NCBI GenBank assembly: GCA_052327205.1
Contig: JBMRGM010000043.1
Span: 31,124,001-31,188,000, forward strand
Length of the DNA stretch: 64,000 nucleotides
Reading direction: 5' to 3'
DNA from: Somniosus microcephalus
Lineage: Eukaryota
Shown: positions 50,864 to 63,329 of the stretch, in pieces
How positions within the stretch are numbered: the first letter of the stretch is position 1
Layout: every line of letters begins with the position of its first letter
Notes under the pieces: generated by a model
What the model was told of the DNA's origin: nothing
What the model saw: the letters and a program-made list of their open reading frames with translations, nothing else
Database searches by the model: none
Position numbers and translations under genes: made by a program

Positions 50864-51517
50864 CTCCAATTTCAGTAGCGGTGGATGCAAAATGCCCGAG
50901 GTCACTAACGTCTGTGCCTCTGGTGCCCGGGGATTCCTTCCCAATCTTTTAGATCCGGCCAATCATAACTCGAGCTTCACATTTTCAATGGAGCAGGCAA
51001 TCTGAAAACAAGGTGGGAGTTATCAATCCTGTGTCGGCAGTGGATTTCAGAAAAATTGTATTGATAGTAGCTGAGCGTTTAACATGAAGGTCCTAAAATT
51101 TGCAGGTGCAGCCACAACGACCAAGGATATTTCAGTATTTAAGACCCGGGAGTAAAGCATCGCCTGGGCTGAGAGCTGAGTTCAAATGATGGGGTTGTGG
51201 GGTTGGGGTGTTGGGGGATAATCTCACAGGACCCGCAGGATGTTTCTTCCATTCATTTCAATGGAAGCGTTAACTTGTTCCCAAACATCGGCTAGCCACG
51301 ACAGGATGTTCAGATCTCAAGTGATAACTGTGTCAATGTCCCGAACTGCCTATTCCCGTAGCAGAGCGCAATCAAGGATTATTGAAAGCCTCTTTCTCTG
51401 AGCTGCTGTCGGCTTTTCATTCTTCTGCTCATTAACGTGAGTTGTCCAAACACATAAATTGTTAAGTCTGTGATGGATGTGGAACCCGGAAAATCCATGC
51501 ATTATTCTATTTTATAG

Positions 51518-51796
51518 AGGTCTTCTCCATACCTACACTGAGGGCTGAGTCTGGAGCTCAATTATTTGTGGACCAACAGTTAAATCTCGCCTGTTTGGTT
51601 AAAATATTTCGATCCAATACTTCCTTGAGACTCGTATTTTACAAAGATGGACAATCTCTCACTTCAGCGGCAGACAACAACTATTACATCAAGAAGGCAT
51701 CTCGGCCGGACGATTCGGGGAATTACTGGAGCGAAGCAACTACTTTGAACAGTGAGGTGAAGAAACTGAGTAATCAGGTTTCCGTTTCAGTCAGAT
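51518..51796 (+). CDS. Gene B D3-type Ig exon (b, first duplicate), second Cys lost
   Basis: ttttatag | 279 nt | gtgagt; open frame, but DSGNYWS replaces DSGIY(Q/R)C. Confidence 0.65.
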
Positions 51797-52858
51797 GTGA
51801 GTACAATTTAAGACAATGTTATAACACTTTTAAAGAGAACATGAAAATCATAGAATACGGGTAGCGTACACCAGGGAAGTAAAAGTGTATTCACCAGGAT
51901 AGACTTGAGGTATTGGGACTAACACTACCGGGTTAGCCATAGCTAAAGGTTATTTCATTAGTGGTTTTTAAATGCAAATTCCGAAATTGGGCGATTAGGG
52001 AAAGATATTTTCTCTGATTGCGAAGACAGGAAGGAGGGATCAGTAATGTATAATTATCATTAAAGCGGGAGGGTAGCGCTTAGAAGGACGTTCCGAGTGC
52101 TGGAACATAGAATGATTTGCCAGGTGGAGCGGTGGAGTTAGATAGAATTTTACAGTGAACATGAGGCTAGTGGCAGTGCCCTCGGGCCTACTGATGTGCG
52201 CCTGTCACTGCCCTACAGAAACCAGCGTAAGCCCGTCCCAACATAAGCAGATCTCTTGCTAATGGATGAGAGAGTGTAGCTGAGCCAGGCATATAGCTGA
52301 GGCCAGGAAGGTTTGGCGCACTCTTTCCTTATCGTCACAACGCAACTCGGGCACTGTGTGCCCTCTGGGAGGCTCAGAAATCAAAAGGAGCTGGATGCAC
52401 ACCTTCCATAATCTGGTCGAAGGGGGGGATGGAATGCACCTCACAGAATCCGGTGGAGTTTCCTTCTGTTGAGATCAATGGAGTACATTTACTGTGAGTT
52501 CGGTAAGCAATAAGTGATCACTAGTGCTAGATTTTCTAATCCCTTATGTGCTCGGGCGTTGCTTAACCGTCGTTCCCAAAATAGTTTATTTTCAGTGTAT
52601 CAAACTAAGAAGAGCTGGGCCAAATGGTGGGGAGCTGCTGCACGAGGATAGATTATCAATAAACCCCATTTACAACCATCAGTAAATTCAACACCACCCG
52701 ACTGCTGTTTCCTTTCTGTTCTTCTTTTTCCCAGACTTGCCTGGAGTTGGGATTGGGGTTTTCTCGTGTCCAATGTATACGGGCTGTTGTGGAGCAGTTC
52801 TCAGTTTGAGTTAAGCATTTGTTAAGCTAAAACCGCCACATTTTGTTCCCAACATTAG

Positions 52859-53116
52859 ATCGCAAAGTGGCCTTCAATGTCGACCCACCTTCGGTTTTGG
52901 AAGGAGGTGTTCTGAATCTGAATTGTTGGTTCAGAATGCATTATTGGAGGCATAAAGATGTTGGCTTTTACAAGGGCAATATAAGGATTCACTCAATGAA
53001 GTTGACCGATCGGAAAGCTCTGCATAGCATTAGAGTGAATAGTTCAAAAGACAGCAGATCATACCATTGCACTGTTGGCAATAAGGAATCACGAAGTGTT
53101 CATGTTCACGTTCAAG
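52859..53116 (+). CDS. Gene B FcR D2-like Ig exon (second duplicate, intact)
   Basis: aacattag | 258 nt | gtacgt; VLEGGVLNLNC..VGFYKG..DSRSYHC. Confidence 0.82.
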
Positions 53117-53253
53117 GTACGTCGGCAATATTTCAATTGGCGATATCGCTCTTGGATATTTATCCATATTACAGGTCCGGGAGGTTCTGAATCTGTCCAC
53201 ATTTATGCATAGCTGTGTGAGCTCGGAAGAATTTGTTCGTGTTAGGTCATAGA

Positions 53254-53970
53254 GGCCTTGAATTTCCGTTCGGCGGTTTCCTGCCGGTAGATGCCTCCAA
53301 TCGGAAACAAATCTATGAACTTACCTGCTGGTTTGGAGAGCCCGAGGCTTCCGATCCTGGGCCTCTCCTGTTGGAAATGCGCAGAGGCCCAGGTATCCCA
53401 GGGGCACATACGGTTTGCAAGCGCTCCTGGGATCACGTGAGAAAGGCGAACAAATCAAAGAAGGGAATCCCCCTTCATACATTTGACAGGTCTGTAGGGA
53501 CTGAACTGTCAAAAGTATGATTGGGAACCACATTTAAAAACACACTAAAACAGTAAATAAACTATTTAAAATTACAAAATTAAAATGAATTAAAATTCCA
53601 TTTAATTAAATATTTTAAACATAATTTATAGAAAAAAAATTAAACATTTTTACTGGGCTATAAATAATTTACCGTTTCAAGAGTATTTCTAACTTATAAG
53701 TGAGTGATCAAATTTGTTATTTCTAACTTTCATCACTCTTATGCCTACTTTTACCAGTCGGACGAATTCTACAGCCTTTCAGCTGCCGGAAGTTGTGCAA
53801 ACTCTCCAGCCACAGAGGCTCTTTTCTTGGGCAAGTGGATCATCTGTCAAGAGAATTCTTGACAGATCGCAGGTGCCGGTTTTAAGCGCATACCTGAAAT
53901 CGGTACCTGCAAGGCCCCTATGGGTGAGTACACAGCTCGTATGCACCCGTGGGGGTTGGAAAACTTGGCC
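53254..53970 (-). mobile_element. MITE related to 4244-4947, inverted
   Basis: Ends ggccttgaattt / aaaacttggcc, AT-rich core; empty site near 48993. Confidence 0.72.
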
Positions 53971-54784
53971 CATGATGGCTGTCTAACACCGTGCTACTTT
54001 AGCCAATAATTAACCCAGGGTGGGTCTCCTCCCGTGCTAACGCCGGCAGCTTTCTTTCTCCTCCCGCCCCACCTCAGAGGAGAATTTGGCGGCTTCCCAT
54101 TACCAGCCTGTTACATCAAGAGGCTGACGGGGAGTATTCCACCACTAAACCGAAATATGATGGTGCCTCTCTCCCTAACAACCACGATGATGAGTTGACA
54201 AAATGCACCAGCAGGTACTCCTGAAAATTCAGTGGCGGGTCCGCTGATGGACTGTGTGGAAGGACACAATAAGCAGTGTGCTCCTCTCCCCTCTCTTTTG
54301 CCCTTTCCACTTACCTGTTTGGCATAAGCTTAATCACAGGCTCCTAATAAAATCTGTACGCTGATGCCGTTGGATGCCCTTATCATCGCAACGGGTGAGT
54401 TATATCATCACTGATCCATCACCCTGGCCGGGAGAATCGGGAGTCTTTTTAATTTCAGATGGTGACAGCTGAGCTGGGGGCTGGCTAGGGACAGAGCAAT
54501 GTAGCTGTGGATATTGGTGGAGTTCACCCTGGTCATACTAGATGGTGAAGACGCAGCAGAGAATGGCTAAAAGAGAAAAGATCTAAGGGAGGATATTCCT
54601 GCTGATAATTAAGCCTTGCCCAGTATGGAATTCCGGTTTCAGCAGAATAAATTAAGCAGGTTAAGTTCTCCGCAAACAAAGCAGCGAGAGGAAATCCATA
54701 AAAACATAATAATGCTTCCTGCTCTAGTGATCCACAATACAGCTGCTGGTTACCATTAAGTATAGGCGCCCATCGTGGCTATTC

Positions 54785-55880
54785 TCTAGATGTAATCTCT
54801 CCAAATTTGCAGACAACACAAAGCTTGCTGGGCGTGTGTGCTATGAGGAGGATGCCAAGAAACTCCAGGCTGATTTGGAGAGATTGGGTGATTGGGCAAA
54901 AGCGTGGCAGATGCAATATAACGTGGATAAATGTGAGGTTATCCACTTTGGTGGCAAAAACAGGAAGGCAGATTATTATCTGAATCGCAATAGATTGGGA
55001 GAAGGGGAAGTGCAACGAGACCTGTGTGTCCTTGTGCACCAGTCGCTGAAGGTAAGCATGCAGGTGCAGCAGGTGGTTAAGAAGGGAATTGGCATGTTGG
55101 CCTTCGTAGCGAGATGGTTTGAGTACAGGAACAAGGATGTCTTGCTGCAGTTATACAGGGCCGTGGTGAGACCACACCTTGAGTATTGTGTGCAGTTTTG
55201 GTCAGCTTATCTGAGGAAGGATCACAGATCACAGAAACCCCACAGTGCAGATAGAGGCCATTTCGGCACATATCCCACCCAATCCCCGTAACCCCTACAC
55301 CAAAACATATCCCCATTTAATCCCCCTAACACTAAGGGTCAATTTATCATAGCCAATCAACCTAACCCGCCATGGAAGGAGTTCAGCGAAGATTCACCAG
55401 GCTGATACCTGGGATGGCAGGAATGACGTATGAGGAGAGATTGGGTCGATTGGGCTTGTCCTTGCTGGAGTTTAGAAGAATGAGAGGGGATCTCATTGAA
55501 ACTTATAAAATTCTGACGGGACTGGACAGACTAGATGCAGGAAGAATGTTCCCGATGGTCGGGCAGTCCAGAACCAGGGGTCACATTCTAAGGATAAGGG
55601 GTAAGCCATTTAGGACAGCAATGAGGAGGAATTTCATCACCCAGAGAGTGGTGAACCTGTGGAATTCTCTGCCACAGAAGGCAGTAGAGGCCAATTCATT
55701 AAATATATTCAAGAAGGAGTTGTATATATTTCTTAAGGCTAAAGGGATCAAGGGGTATGGGGATAAAGCAGTGACCAGGTACTGAATTTGGTTGATCGGC
55801 CATGATCGCATTGAATGGCGGAGAAGGCTCGTGGGGCCGAATGCCAACTCCTGCTCCTATCTTCTATGTTTCTATGTTTC
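54785..55880 (+). mobile_element. 5'-truncated CR1 LINE
   Basis: ORFs 54836 and 55372 are the CR1 RT C-terminus; tail (ttctatgt)n; absent at paralogous sites near 49810 and 14150. Confidence 0.93.
55222..55371 (-). mobile_element. HE1-like (V-SINE) 3' fragment nested in CR1
   Basis: Reverse strand 'gttaggttgattggctatgataaattgacccttagtgttagggg...' splits the CR1 frame between RKD and MEGVQRR. Confidence 0.65.
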
Positions 55881-55973
55881 TCGGTATTGGCTTGCTCTTA
55901 TTATCAATCTCTGCTATTTGTTTAACACAGTGATAGGAACTGTTACCTATCAATCCATATTCTGTTTTCACAG

Positions 55974-56252
55974 AACTCTTCACCAAACCTAAACTGAGGT
56001 CTGAGCCTGCAGTTGAAATACTTGAGGGAGACCAGTTAAAATTCATCTGTTTTATTGAAAATATACCGTCAAATATTTGCTTAAAATATTCATTTTACAA
56101 AAATGGCACAGCTCTGATCTTGACCCCATACTACAAATATATTCTCACTGAGGCAGCTTCATTGAAGGACTCAGGGACTTACCAGTGCGTAGCAAATGCT
56201 TTCGACTTTGGTGTGAAAAAGAAGAGTGATGAGGTTTACATTTCGGTAACAG
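55974..56252 (+). CDS. Gene B D3-type Ig exon (a, second duplicate)
   Basis: ttttcacag | 279 nt | gtatgg; ELFTKPKL..LKFICFIE..LKYSFYKNG..DSGTYQC. Missed by the ORF track. Confidence 0.85.
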
Positions 56253-57440
56253 GTATGGACATCCAGCTTTAATTATTGTTCATCATTCATTTAAAGAATT
56301 CTTCAGGGCATTATAGTTAAGTAACCATACGGGAGGGATCCGGTCTGGTAAAGGGTTAACCCTCAAGTTTATCGGGTATAAATCAATTTGAATGCAATCT
56401 TTTCAAATCTTATCACCACGTGGCTCTTATACAATCCTTACATTTGCTGAAAACCGCATTTGTAGGAGCTGCAAAATTTGAAGTCCAGTGCCCACTCTCA
56501 GTGGGTAACATTAGCTTCCTTCAGTAGTGTGGAAATGGGCGATTATGAAATTGCCTCCCATTATTTGTCCCGCCCGTTTTTGCTTCCCATCATCTTCAGC
56601 AGACAGGAAAATCGTGCGTGGTGTACAATTGGCGCAAGCTTCGATATTGGAAATTTTACCCCATGGCTCCAAGGTAAAGATACTTGCTCTGTTTCTGTCT
56701 GGCTGAATGAGAAACCAGCAGAACCTGGTCAGGAATAGCAGGGTGTTTAATCAGACAAAGCCTTAGCACTTACTAGTCCCGGAAATCTTTGATAGTTGAA
56801 TACTCGGGGGTAAAATTTAACTTTGAGAGCGCAGTAGCGGATCAGCAGACAATGGAATTGAAATTTGCCTGTGTTTATAACGGGAGGCCAATCTGCGACC
56901 ACCGGTTTTGCACCCCATCGAAATTTGAAATTTCACCCCGTCCAATTTCAGTAGAGGTGGAAGAGGATGAGGAAAAACGCCCGAGGTCACTAAAGTGTGA
57001 GCCTTTGATGCCCAGGAATTCCGTTTCCACTCCGTTAGATCCGGTCAATCATAACGCTATCTTTGCATTTTCTATGGAGCAGGCAATCTGATGACAAGGT
57101 GGGAGTTATCGATCCTGTGTTGGGAGTGGATTTCCAAAGAATGGCATTGTCAGTTGCTGAGCTTCTAGCATGAATGTCGCAAAGTTTGCAGGCGCTGCAA
57201 CAATGACGAAGGAGACTTCAGTATTTAAGGCCTGGGCGCAAAGCATCATCTAGGCAGAGAGCTGAGTTAAAATTCTGGATCAGGGGCGCGTTCTGGTGTT
57301 GTGGGCTAATCTCACAGGACCCGCAGGATGTGTCTTCCACTCAATGTTCCAAAGATTAACATTTGCTGCACAAATCCGAAATTGTAATGTCTGTGATAGT
57401 TGTGGAATCTGTCAAATCCATAATTCGGTCTATTTTATAG

Positions 57441-57719
57441 AGCTCTTCTCCGAACCTACTTTGCGGGCTGATTCTGGAGCTCAATTATTTGAGGGCCAAC
57501 AGATAAAACTCGCCTGTTTGGTAGAAATATTTCGATCCAATTCTTCCTTGAGACTCGTATTTTACAAAGATGGACAACCTCTCAATTCAGCGGCAGACCA
57601 CAGCTATTACATCAGGGAAGCATCTCGGCCGGAAGATTCGGGGATTTACCGGTGTGAAGCAACTACTTTGAACCGTGAGGTGAAGAAACTGAGTAATCAG
57701 GTTTCAGTTTCAGTCAGAC
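57441..57719 (+). CDS. Gene B D3-type Ig exon (b, second duplicate)
   Basis: ttttatag | 279 nt | gtgagt; both Cys present. Confidence 0.87.
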
Positions 57720-58409
57720 GTGAGTACAATTTAAGATAATTGTTTATCACTTTTAAAGAGAACAGGAAAATCATAGAGAACGAGTAACGCTGATTCAACA
57801 GATGATGCCAGGGAATGGAAATTTTATTCAACAGGATAGACTTGAGCCACTGGGACTAACACGGGTTTGCCATGCCTAAGAGTTATTTCATCAGTGCTTA
57901 GTACATGCCAATTGCGAGATAGGGCGATTAGGGAAAGCTATTCCCTCTGTTTGCGAAGACAGGAAGGAGGATCAGTAAAGTATAATTATCACTAAAAGCG
58001 AGAGGGTAGCGCTTACGTGAACATTTTATGTGTAGCTGACTGCTGGAAAGTAGAATTATTTGTCAGGTGGAACGGTGAAGTTAGATACCACTGCATTTAG
58101 GTAGAGTAATGTTTATGGTATTGGAATAGTGCAGAGTTCCTGCTTTTCACTAGCAGAGTCAGGAGGAATAAGGACCAGGCCAACATAGTAGGGTGGCCAT
58201 AAGTGGATTGCAGTAGGAATCATTGTCGTTCCAGGATCAGGCTTTCCTCTATTAATTCCACCTACTGCTAAAGTAGGAGAGGGAGACGGGCGCCCAATAT
58301 TGGTGTGGTAACCTATATGTCGAGCCTTCTTTATTATGATGAGAACCCTATTTCACTTTGAAAGTAATGCTACAAATTCTGCAAAAGCAATGTAATTAAC
58401 AATTTGCAG

Positions 58410-58697
58410 GAACCCCAGTGTCAAAACCGGAACTGGCAATCAGCCCTGGTAAAGAGTTAATAGAAGGAGACACAGCGTCGTTAACCTGCTCAGTGTTCAA
58501 CGGTTCTACCCCGATTACTTACATTTTCTACAAAGACCCGGATAAAGAACTCTTCCGTGAGGAGTCCAACCTAACCGAAATTAATTACCAAATCAGTGAA
58601 ATCAACCAAAGCACCCAAGGGGATTATAGTTGCGGTGTTTCAAACAAAGCGACAGGACGTCCTCTGCAAAGCGATGTTGTTACAGTTTCAGTGATAG
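58410..58697 (+). CDS. Gene B membrane-proximal Ig exon, FCRL D5-like
   Basis: tttgcag | 288 nt | gtgagt; 80/96 aa identical to 17019-17306 by hand count. Confidence 0.87.
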
Positions 58698-59079
58698 GTG
58701 AGTTATTATAAGTACCCCTGAGGCAGAACGAAACAAGTGGCTCAAAGTCAGATGAGCCCGGTAATCACTGCTTGTGCCATCAGCTTGGATGGTGTAACAT
58801 TTTCTTTGACATTCCTCTATGTGAAGTGAGGCACTGCACCATTTACATTAAACAGGTGAATTACTAAAAAGAACTAGAATGTCATCTGATCGCATCAAGT
58901 ATTGGTCTATAAACTGCAACAGTTATTTGTAGGTTTAAAAAGGCCGATCAGTATGTTTAATTGACAAATTGAGGGAAGTAATACGGATAATTTAAGGACT
59001 CAAAACTTAATACCATAGGTAGTAGTTTCTGGGCTATATGTTTTAGACCACCATTTCTCGACAGTTGTTGCTAATATAT

Positions 59080-59680
59080 TTGTATTCGTTTATGTGATGT
59101 GGGTATCTCTGGCAATGCCAGAATTTATTGCCTATCCCTAATTGCCCTTGAGAAGGTAGTGCTGAGTGGCCTTCTTGAACCGTTGCTGTCCGTGTGTTGA
59201 CGGTACTCCCGTAGTGCTGTGAGGGAGGGAGTTCCAGGAATTTGATGCAGTGACGATGAAGGATCGGCGATAAACTTTTAAATCAGGATGGTAGATGATT
59301 TGTAAAGGATCTTACAGGTGCGGTGTCCCCATGCCTCTTCTGCTCTTGTCCTTCTAAATGGAAGAAGTATCGGGTTTGGGAGGTGCTGCCGAAGAAGTCT
59401 TGGCATGTTGCTGCAGTGCATCTTGTAGATGGTGCACACTGCAGCCATGATACGCTGGTGGTGGAGGGAGTGAATTTGTTACTTGTTGGATGATGTGCCA
59501 ATCAAGGAGGCTGCTTTGTACTGGCTGGTGTCGAGCTTCTTGAGTGTTGTTGGAGCTGCACTTATCCAGGCAAGTGGAGAGTATTCCGTCACACGACTTA
59601 CTTGTGCCTTGTAGATGGTTGAAAGGCTTTGGGGAGTCAGGAGGTGAGACACACGCCGCGGATTACCCAGCCTCTGCCCT
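59080..59680 (-). mobile_element. CR1/L2-group LINE 3' end
   Basis: Reverse strand encodes YKAQV..EYSPLAWISAAPTTLKKLDT; same tail as 70-650. Confidence 0.8.
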
Positions 59681-60550
59681 ATATCGATATCATGGTACCA
59701 GGTAGAAGTTTCATAAAGCTTGATCTGATTTCATGAAATACTTTTCTTTCGACAACGCAAAAAGTATATTGATTTCGTATGATTTATACGTCATAAAGGA
59801 CACATCACACCTCAGGTGAACATTTATAAGTCTAGTTTCTGATTAAGAAATTGATCGTAACTAGATGGAAATAGACCTGAAATAAACTAGCAGAATTTCC
59901 CACAAGCGCTTTAGAATTTGAAATTGATAAGGTCAAAAGCAGAGCCATGGTTATAAAGCGAGAGAGAGGGAGAGATTGGAAGGGGTGAGCAAAAAACTGG
60001 CTGCAAATATGGGTCTGGTAGGAAGTTTGAAGCAGGCTGTAGTAGAGATGTAAATGCAATTAATGAGATGGTTTAAGAGAGCAGAATCAAATTACTTTCA
60101 CTAATGGTGTGACAAAGGAAGCGTATATGCCCAATCGGCCACAAATCAATTGACTGAACTGTGTAAAGACAGAGATAAAATTGGAGGAGATTTGTCAGAG
60201 ATATAGTGAACAGGAGGACCAGGAGTTTAAGTTTATTACATTGGAGGACAGGGAGCTAGATGAAAACAATGGCGAGTAAGAATTAACGTGGGACAGGGAC
60301 GTTTGGATTAGTTGGAATTAGTGGACAGCGGGGTCAGGAGCCCAGAAAGGAAGTCATTGTAATAATCGAGGCTAGAGCTTACAAATCCACGGATCAGTGT
60401 TTCAGCGTGCAGGGGTTGAGGTGGGTAGAAAGGGAATCAATTTAGTGCAGATTAAAAAATAAAAATTAATTCTGCGTATGGTGCGAGGTTGAATTTGTTA
60501 TGATTGGAACGGTTTTATATGATTCATGGAATAATTTTGTTTGATTCCAG

Positions 60551-60652
60551 CACAAAGTCACACAACCGCGATCACAGCAGCCGTTCTTCCACTTTTTCTG
60601 ATCGCTACCCTGATTGCACTGGTTTCCTTCAAACTTCGGAAAAAGAAACAAG
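60551..60652 (+). CDS. Gene B transmembrane exon AQSHTTAITAAVLPLFLIATLIALVSFKLRKKKQ
   Basis: ttgattccag | 102 nt | gtgagc; uncharged hydrophobic span followed by a basic stop-transfer cluster. Confidence 0.87.
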
Positions 60653-61178
60653 GTGAGCAGTGTCTTACGGGCAGGTGAGTGGCTTGACAGTTACGTGAGG
60701 GGATTCAATCCCCTCCATATTCAGATGCAGCATTCGAAATGTAACAGAATGATTTGAGAGGGAGACCAATAGTGTGGGCTGGAGAACGAAGACTTAATTA
60801 CCAGGATAAGTTCGGATCATGAAGTCAGCTTACTGGTTTGAGGGTATTTTTCACCTTCTTTCATTCTGAAAATGTCTGCATCTTGGCGAGGGACAGACAA
60901 ATAACTGGCAGGTGGGTAGTAAGAGAATGTGAAATCTGATAGCGGATGTCTAATGCCTGGTAACATCTTAAAGTTTCCCAGACGCTCTTTGTGCATTCGT
61001 CCTCTGTTTTAGTTAGTGATTCATTTAAATGCACGTTTGCAACAGTTTCTGATTAATAATCAACGAAAAAGTTTACTGTTTGGAGATTACTTAAGGTAAC
61101 TCAAGCCAGCTCTAGCCAGGAAGAGCGCAATATTTACTGCACAACTTGTTGAAATATGTCTCTTCCTATTTTATCCAG

Positions 61179-61209
61179 ACAATTCCTCAAGTGTTTCACA
61201 GCCGCAGGG
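61179..61209 (+). CDS. Gene B cytoplasmic exon 1 (DNSSSVSQPQG)
   Basis: ttttatccag | 31 nt | gtaagt. Confidence 0.78.
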
Positions 61210-61509
61210 GTAAGTCTGCAAAATATTTGTATTTGTCAGTCATAACTATATCCATGATTATACTGAAAGGGTGAAAATCGTCTTTGGCATGGTTGCAAAT
61301 CAGGCGGCATTGCATCTACCACCATTTATACGCCCCTGAATTGAACTGAATATTGGATGGACATTGATGGGCGGTAGGGGCACTTCCGTCAGTTATTCCT
61401 CCACGCCCAATTCGAATTCTCCCCGTAGTATCTGATATAGCTCCGCTGGAGACAGTTACAATTTTTAAGAGCTAAATATTACCTTATTTTTGTTTTTGCT
61501 TTTTAGTTT

Positions 61510-63115
61510 ATCAACAGGCCAGTCAGCCTAACATAGTTATTTGAAACCATTATTAGGGAAAAAATAAACTTTTATTTGGAAATCATGGTTTAATCAAGGA
61601 GATCCAACATGGATTTGTTGAAGGCAAATCGTGTCTGACAAACTCGATTGAATTCTTTGATGAGGTAACAGAAACTTTTGATCAAGGTAGTGTAGTAAAT
61701 GTTGTATATATAGACTTTCGGAAGGCAGTCGACCGAGGCTTGTTAAAAAATATGTAAACTCATGGGATTAAGGGAACGTGGCGGTATGGATAGGGAATTG
61801 GCTCGGTGACAGGATGCAGAGTGTGGTGGTGGATGGATGTTTCTCAGACTGGGAGGCGGTTTTGCAGTTGTGTTCCCCAAGGGCCAGTTTGGGGTCCATA
61901 ACTCTTTGCAATTGCAATGAGCGACCGAGATTAAGGTGTTGGGGGCAACATTGTAAACTTGCAGATGACACATAACTTGGCCAGGTAGTAGATAGTGATG
62001 AGGATACTTGTAGTCTTCAGGGTAACATAGACAGGAATGGTTAAATGGGCAGAAGCATGGCAGTTGGAGTTCAACCCTGAGAACTGCGAAGTGATGTACT
62101 TCTGGAGAACTAATCTGGAAAGACAATATACAATAAAGGATTCGATTTTGAAAATGGTGGATGAGCAGAGATGACTTGATGTGCTTATAAACAAATTCTT
62201 AAATATGGCAGGACAAGTTGCTAAGTTGGTTAAAGCAGCATAGGGAACACTTGTATTTTTTAAATATCGGCTTAGAATATAAAAGCAAAGAGAACATGCT
62301 AGAACTTTTGAAATCAGTAGTTAGACCTCAGCTGGCCAATTCTAGGCAGCAACTTGCCAAGGCTGCTTCGACAGCACCTCCGAAACCCGCTATCTCTTCC
62401 ACCTAGAAGGACAAGGCGCATCAGAACACCACCTCCGAGTTCCCCTCCAAGTCAAACACCATTCTGCCTTAGAAGTATATCGCCGCTCCTTAATCGTCGC
62501 TTGGGCCAATGTCCTGGAACTCCCTCCCTAACAGCACTGTGGGAGTACCTTCACCGCACGGACTGCAGCGGTTCAAGAAGGCGGCTAACCACCACCTTCT
62601 CAAGGGCAATTAGCGATGGGGAGTATATGCTGGCGTTGTCAGCGACGCCCACATCCCAAATACAAATAAAATCACACTTCAGGAAACATGCAAGAGGCAA
62701 AGAAAGCATACAGAGGATGTTTACAGGATATTACCAGGGATGAGGGACTTTATTTACGAGGAGTGGTTGGAAAATTAGGAGGTGGAAGAGAGAAGGTTAA
62801 GGGGTGAGTCAATAGTGATTTTCAAGAGGACGAGAGGTTTTGTTAGAGTAGATAGAGAAACAATATTCCCTCTTGATCAATAACTAGAGTTCATAGATTT
62901 AACATCATTGTAAAAAGATCTTGAGGGGAGATGTGGAGAACTATTTTTCATTCAGAGAGTTGTCGGTATCTAGAACACTCCAACTGAAAATTTGGTGGAA
63001 GCGATTTCCATCAATAACTTTAGCAGTTAATTGGACGGATCTTTGAGGATGAGGACCTTACAGGGCTGCAGACAAAAGCCAGGGATATGGGACTAAGCAA
63101 GATTGCTCCTTCACG
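61510..63115 (+). mobile_element. Old CR1 RT fragment with a nested LINE 3' end (about 62340-62670)
   Basis: Degenerate QHGF..GKSCLTN.IEFFDEVT and WIGNWL.DR.Q.VVV motifs; the insert matches the 70-650 tail. Confidence 0.82.
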
Positions 63116-63237
63116 GAGTTCGATGTTCTCTGTAGCTACTGCTGAATGTTTCTATGATGCTGTAACATTTCGTTGAAAGTGAACTTTGAGTTGTTGATGC
63201 ATGAATCCTTAATATCTAAGAATATTTTCGTGCAAAG

Positions 63238-63329
63238 GGTGACAACTGAAAATAGATCTGTACCTCCGAGTGAAGAAACATCTGCGAGCAATTTCGAGTA
63301 TGCAGTTGGGGGATCAGCCCCAAATACTG
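63238..63329 (+). CDS. Gene B cytoplasmic exon 2 (VTTENRSVPPSEETSASNFEYAVGGSAPNT); gene continues past the window
   Basis: gtgcaaag | 92 nt | gtaagc, phase 2-1; aligns to 22658-22743. Confidence 0.75.

Noticed and set aside
5755-55932. CACAGTG heptamers (near 5755, 5764, 6634, 13900, 20027, 55241, 55926) as V(D)J recombination signals
   Set aside because: None has an ACAAAAACC-like nonamer at 12 or 23 bp spacing, and none abuts an Ig exon. The domains are not V-type, so this is not a rearranging Ig/TCR locus.
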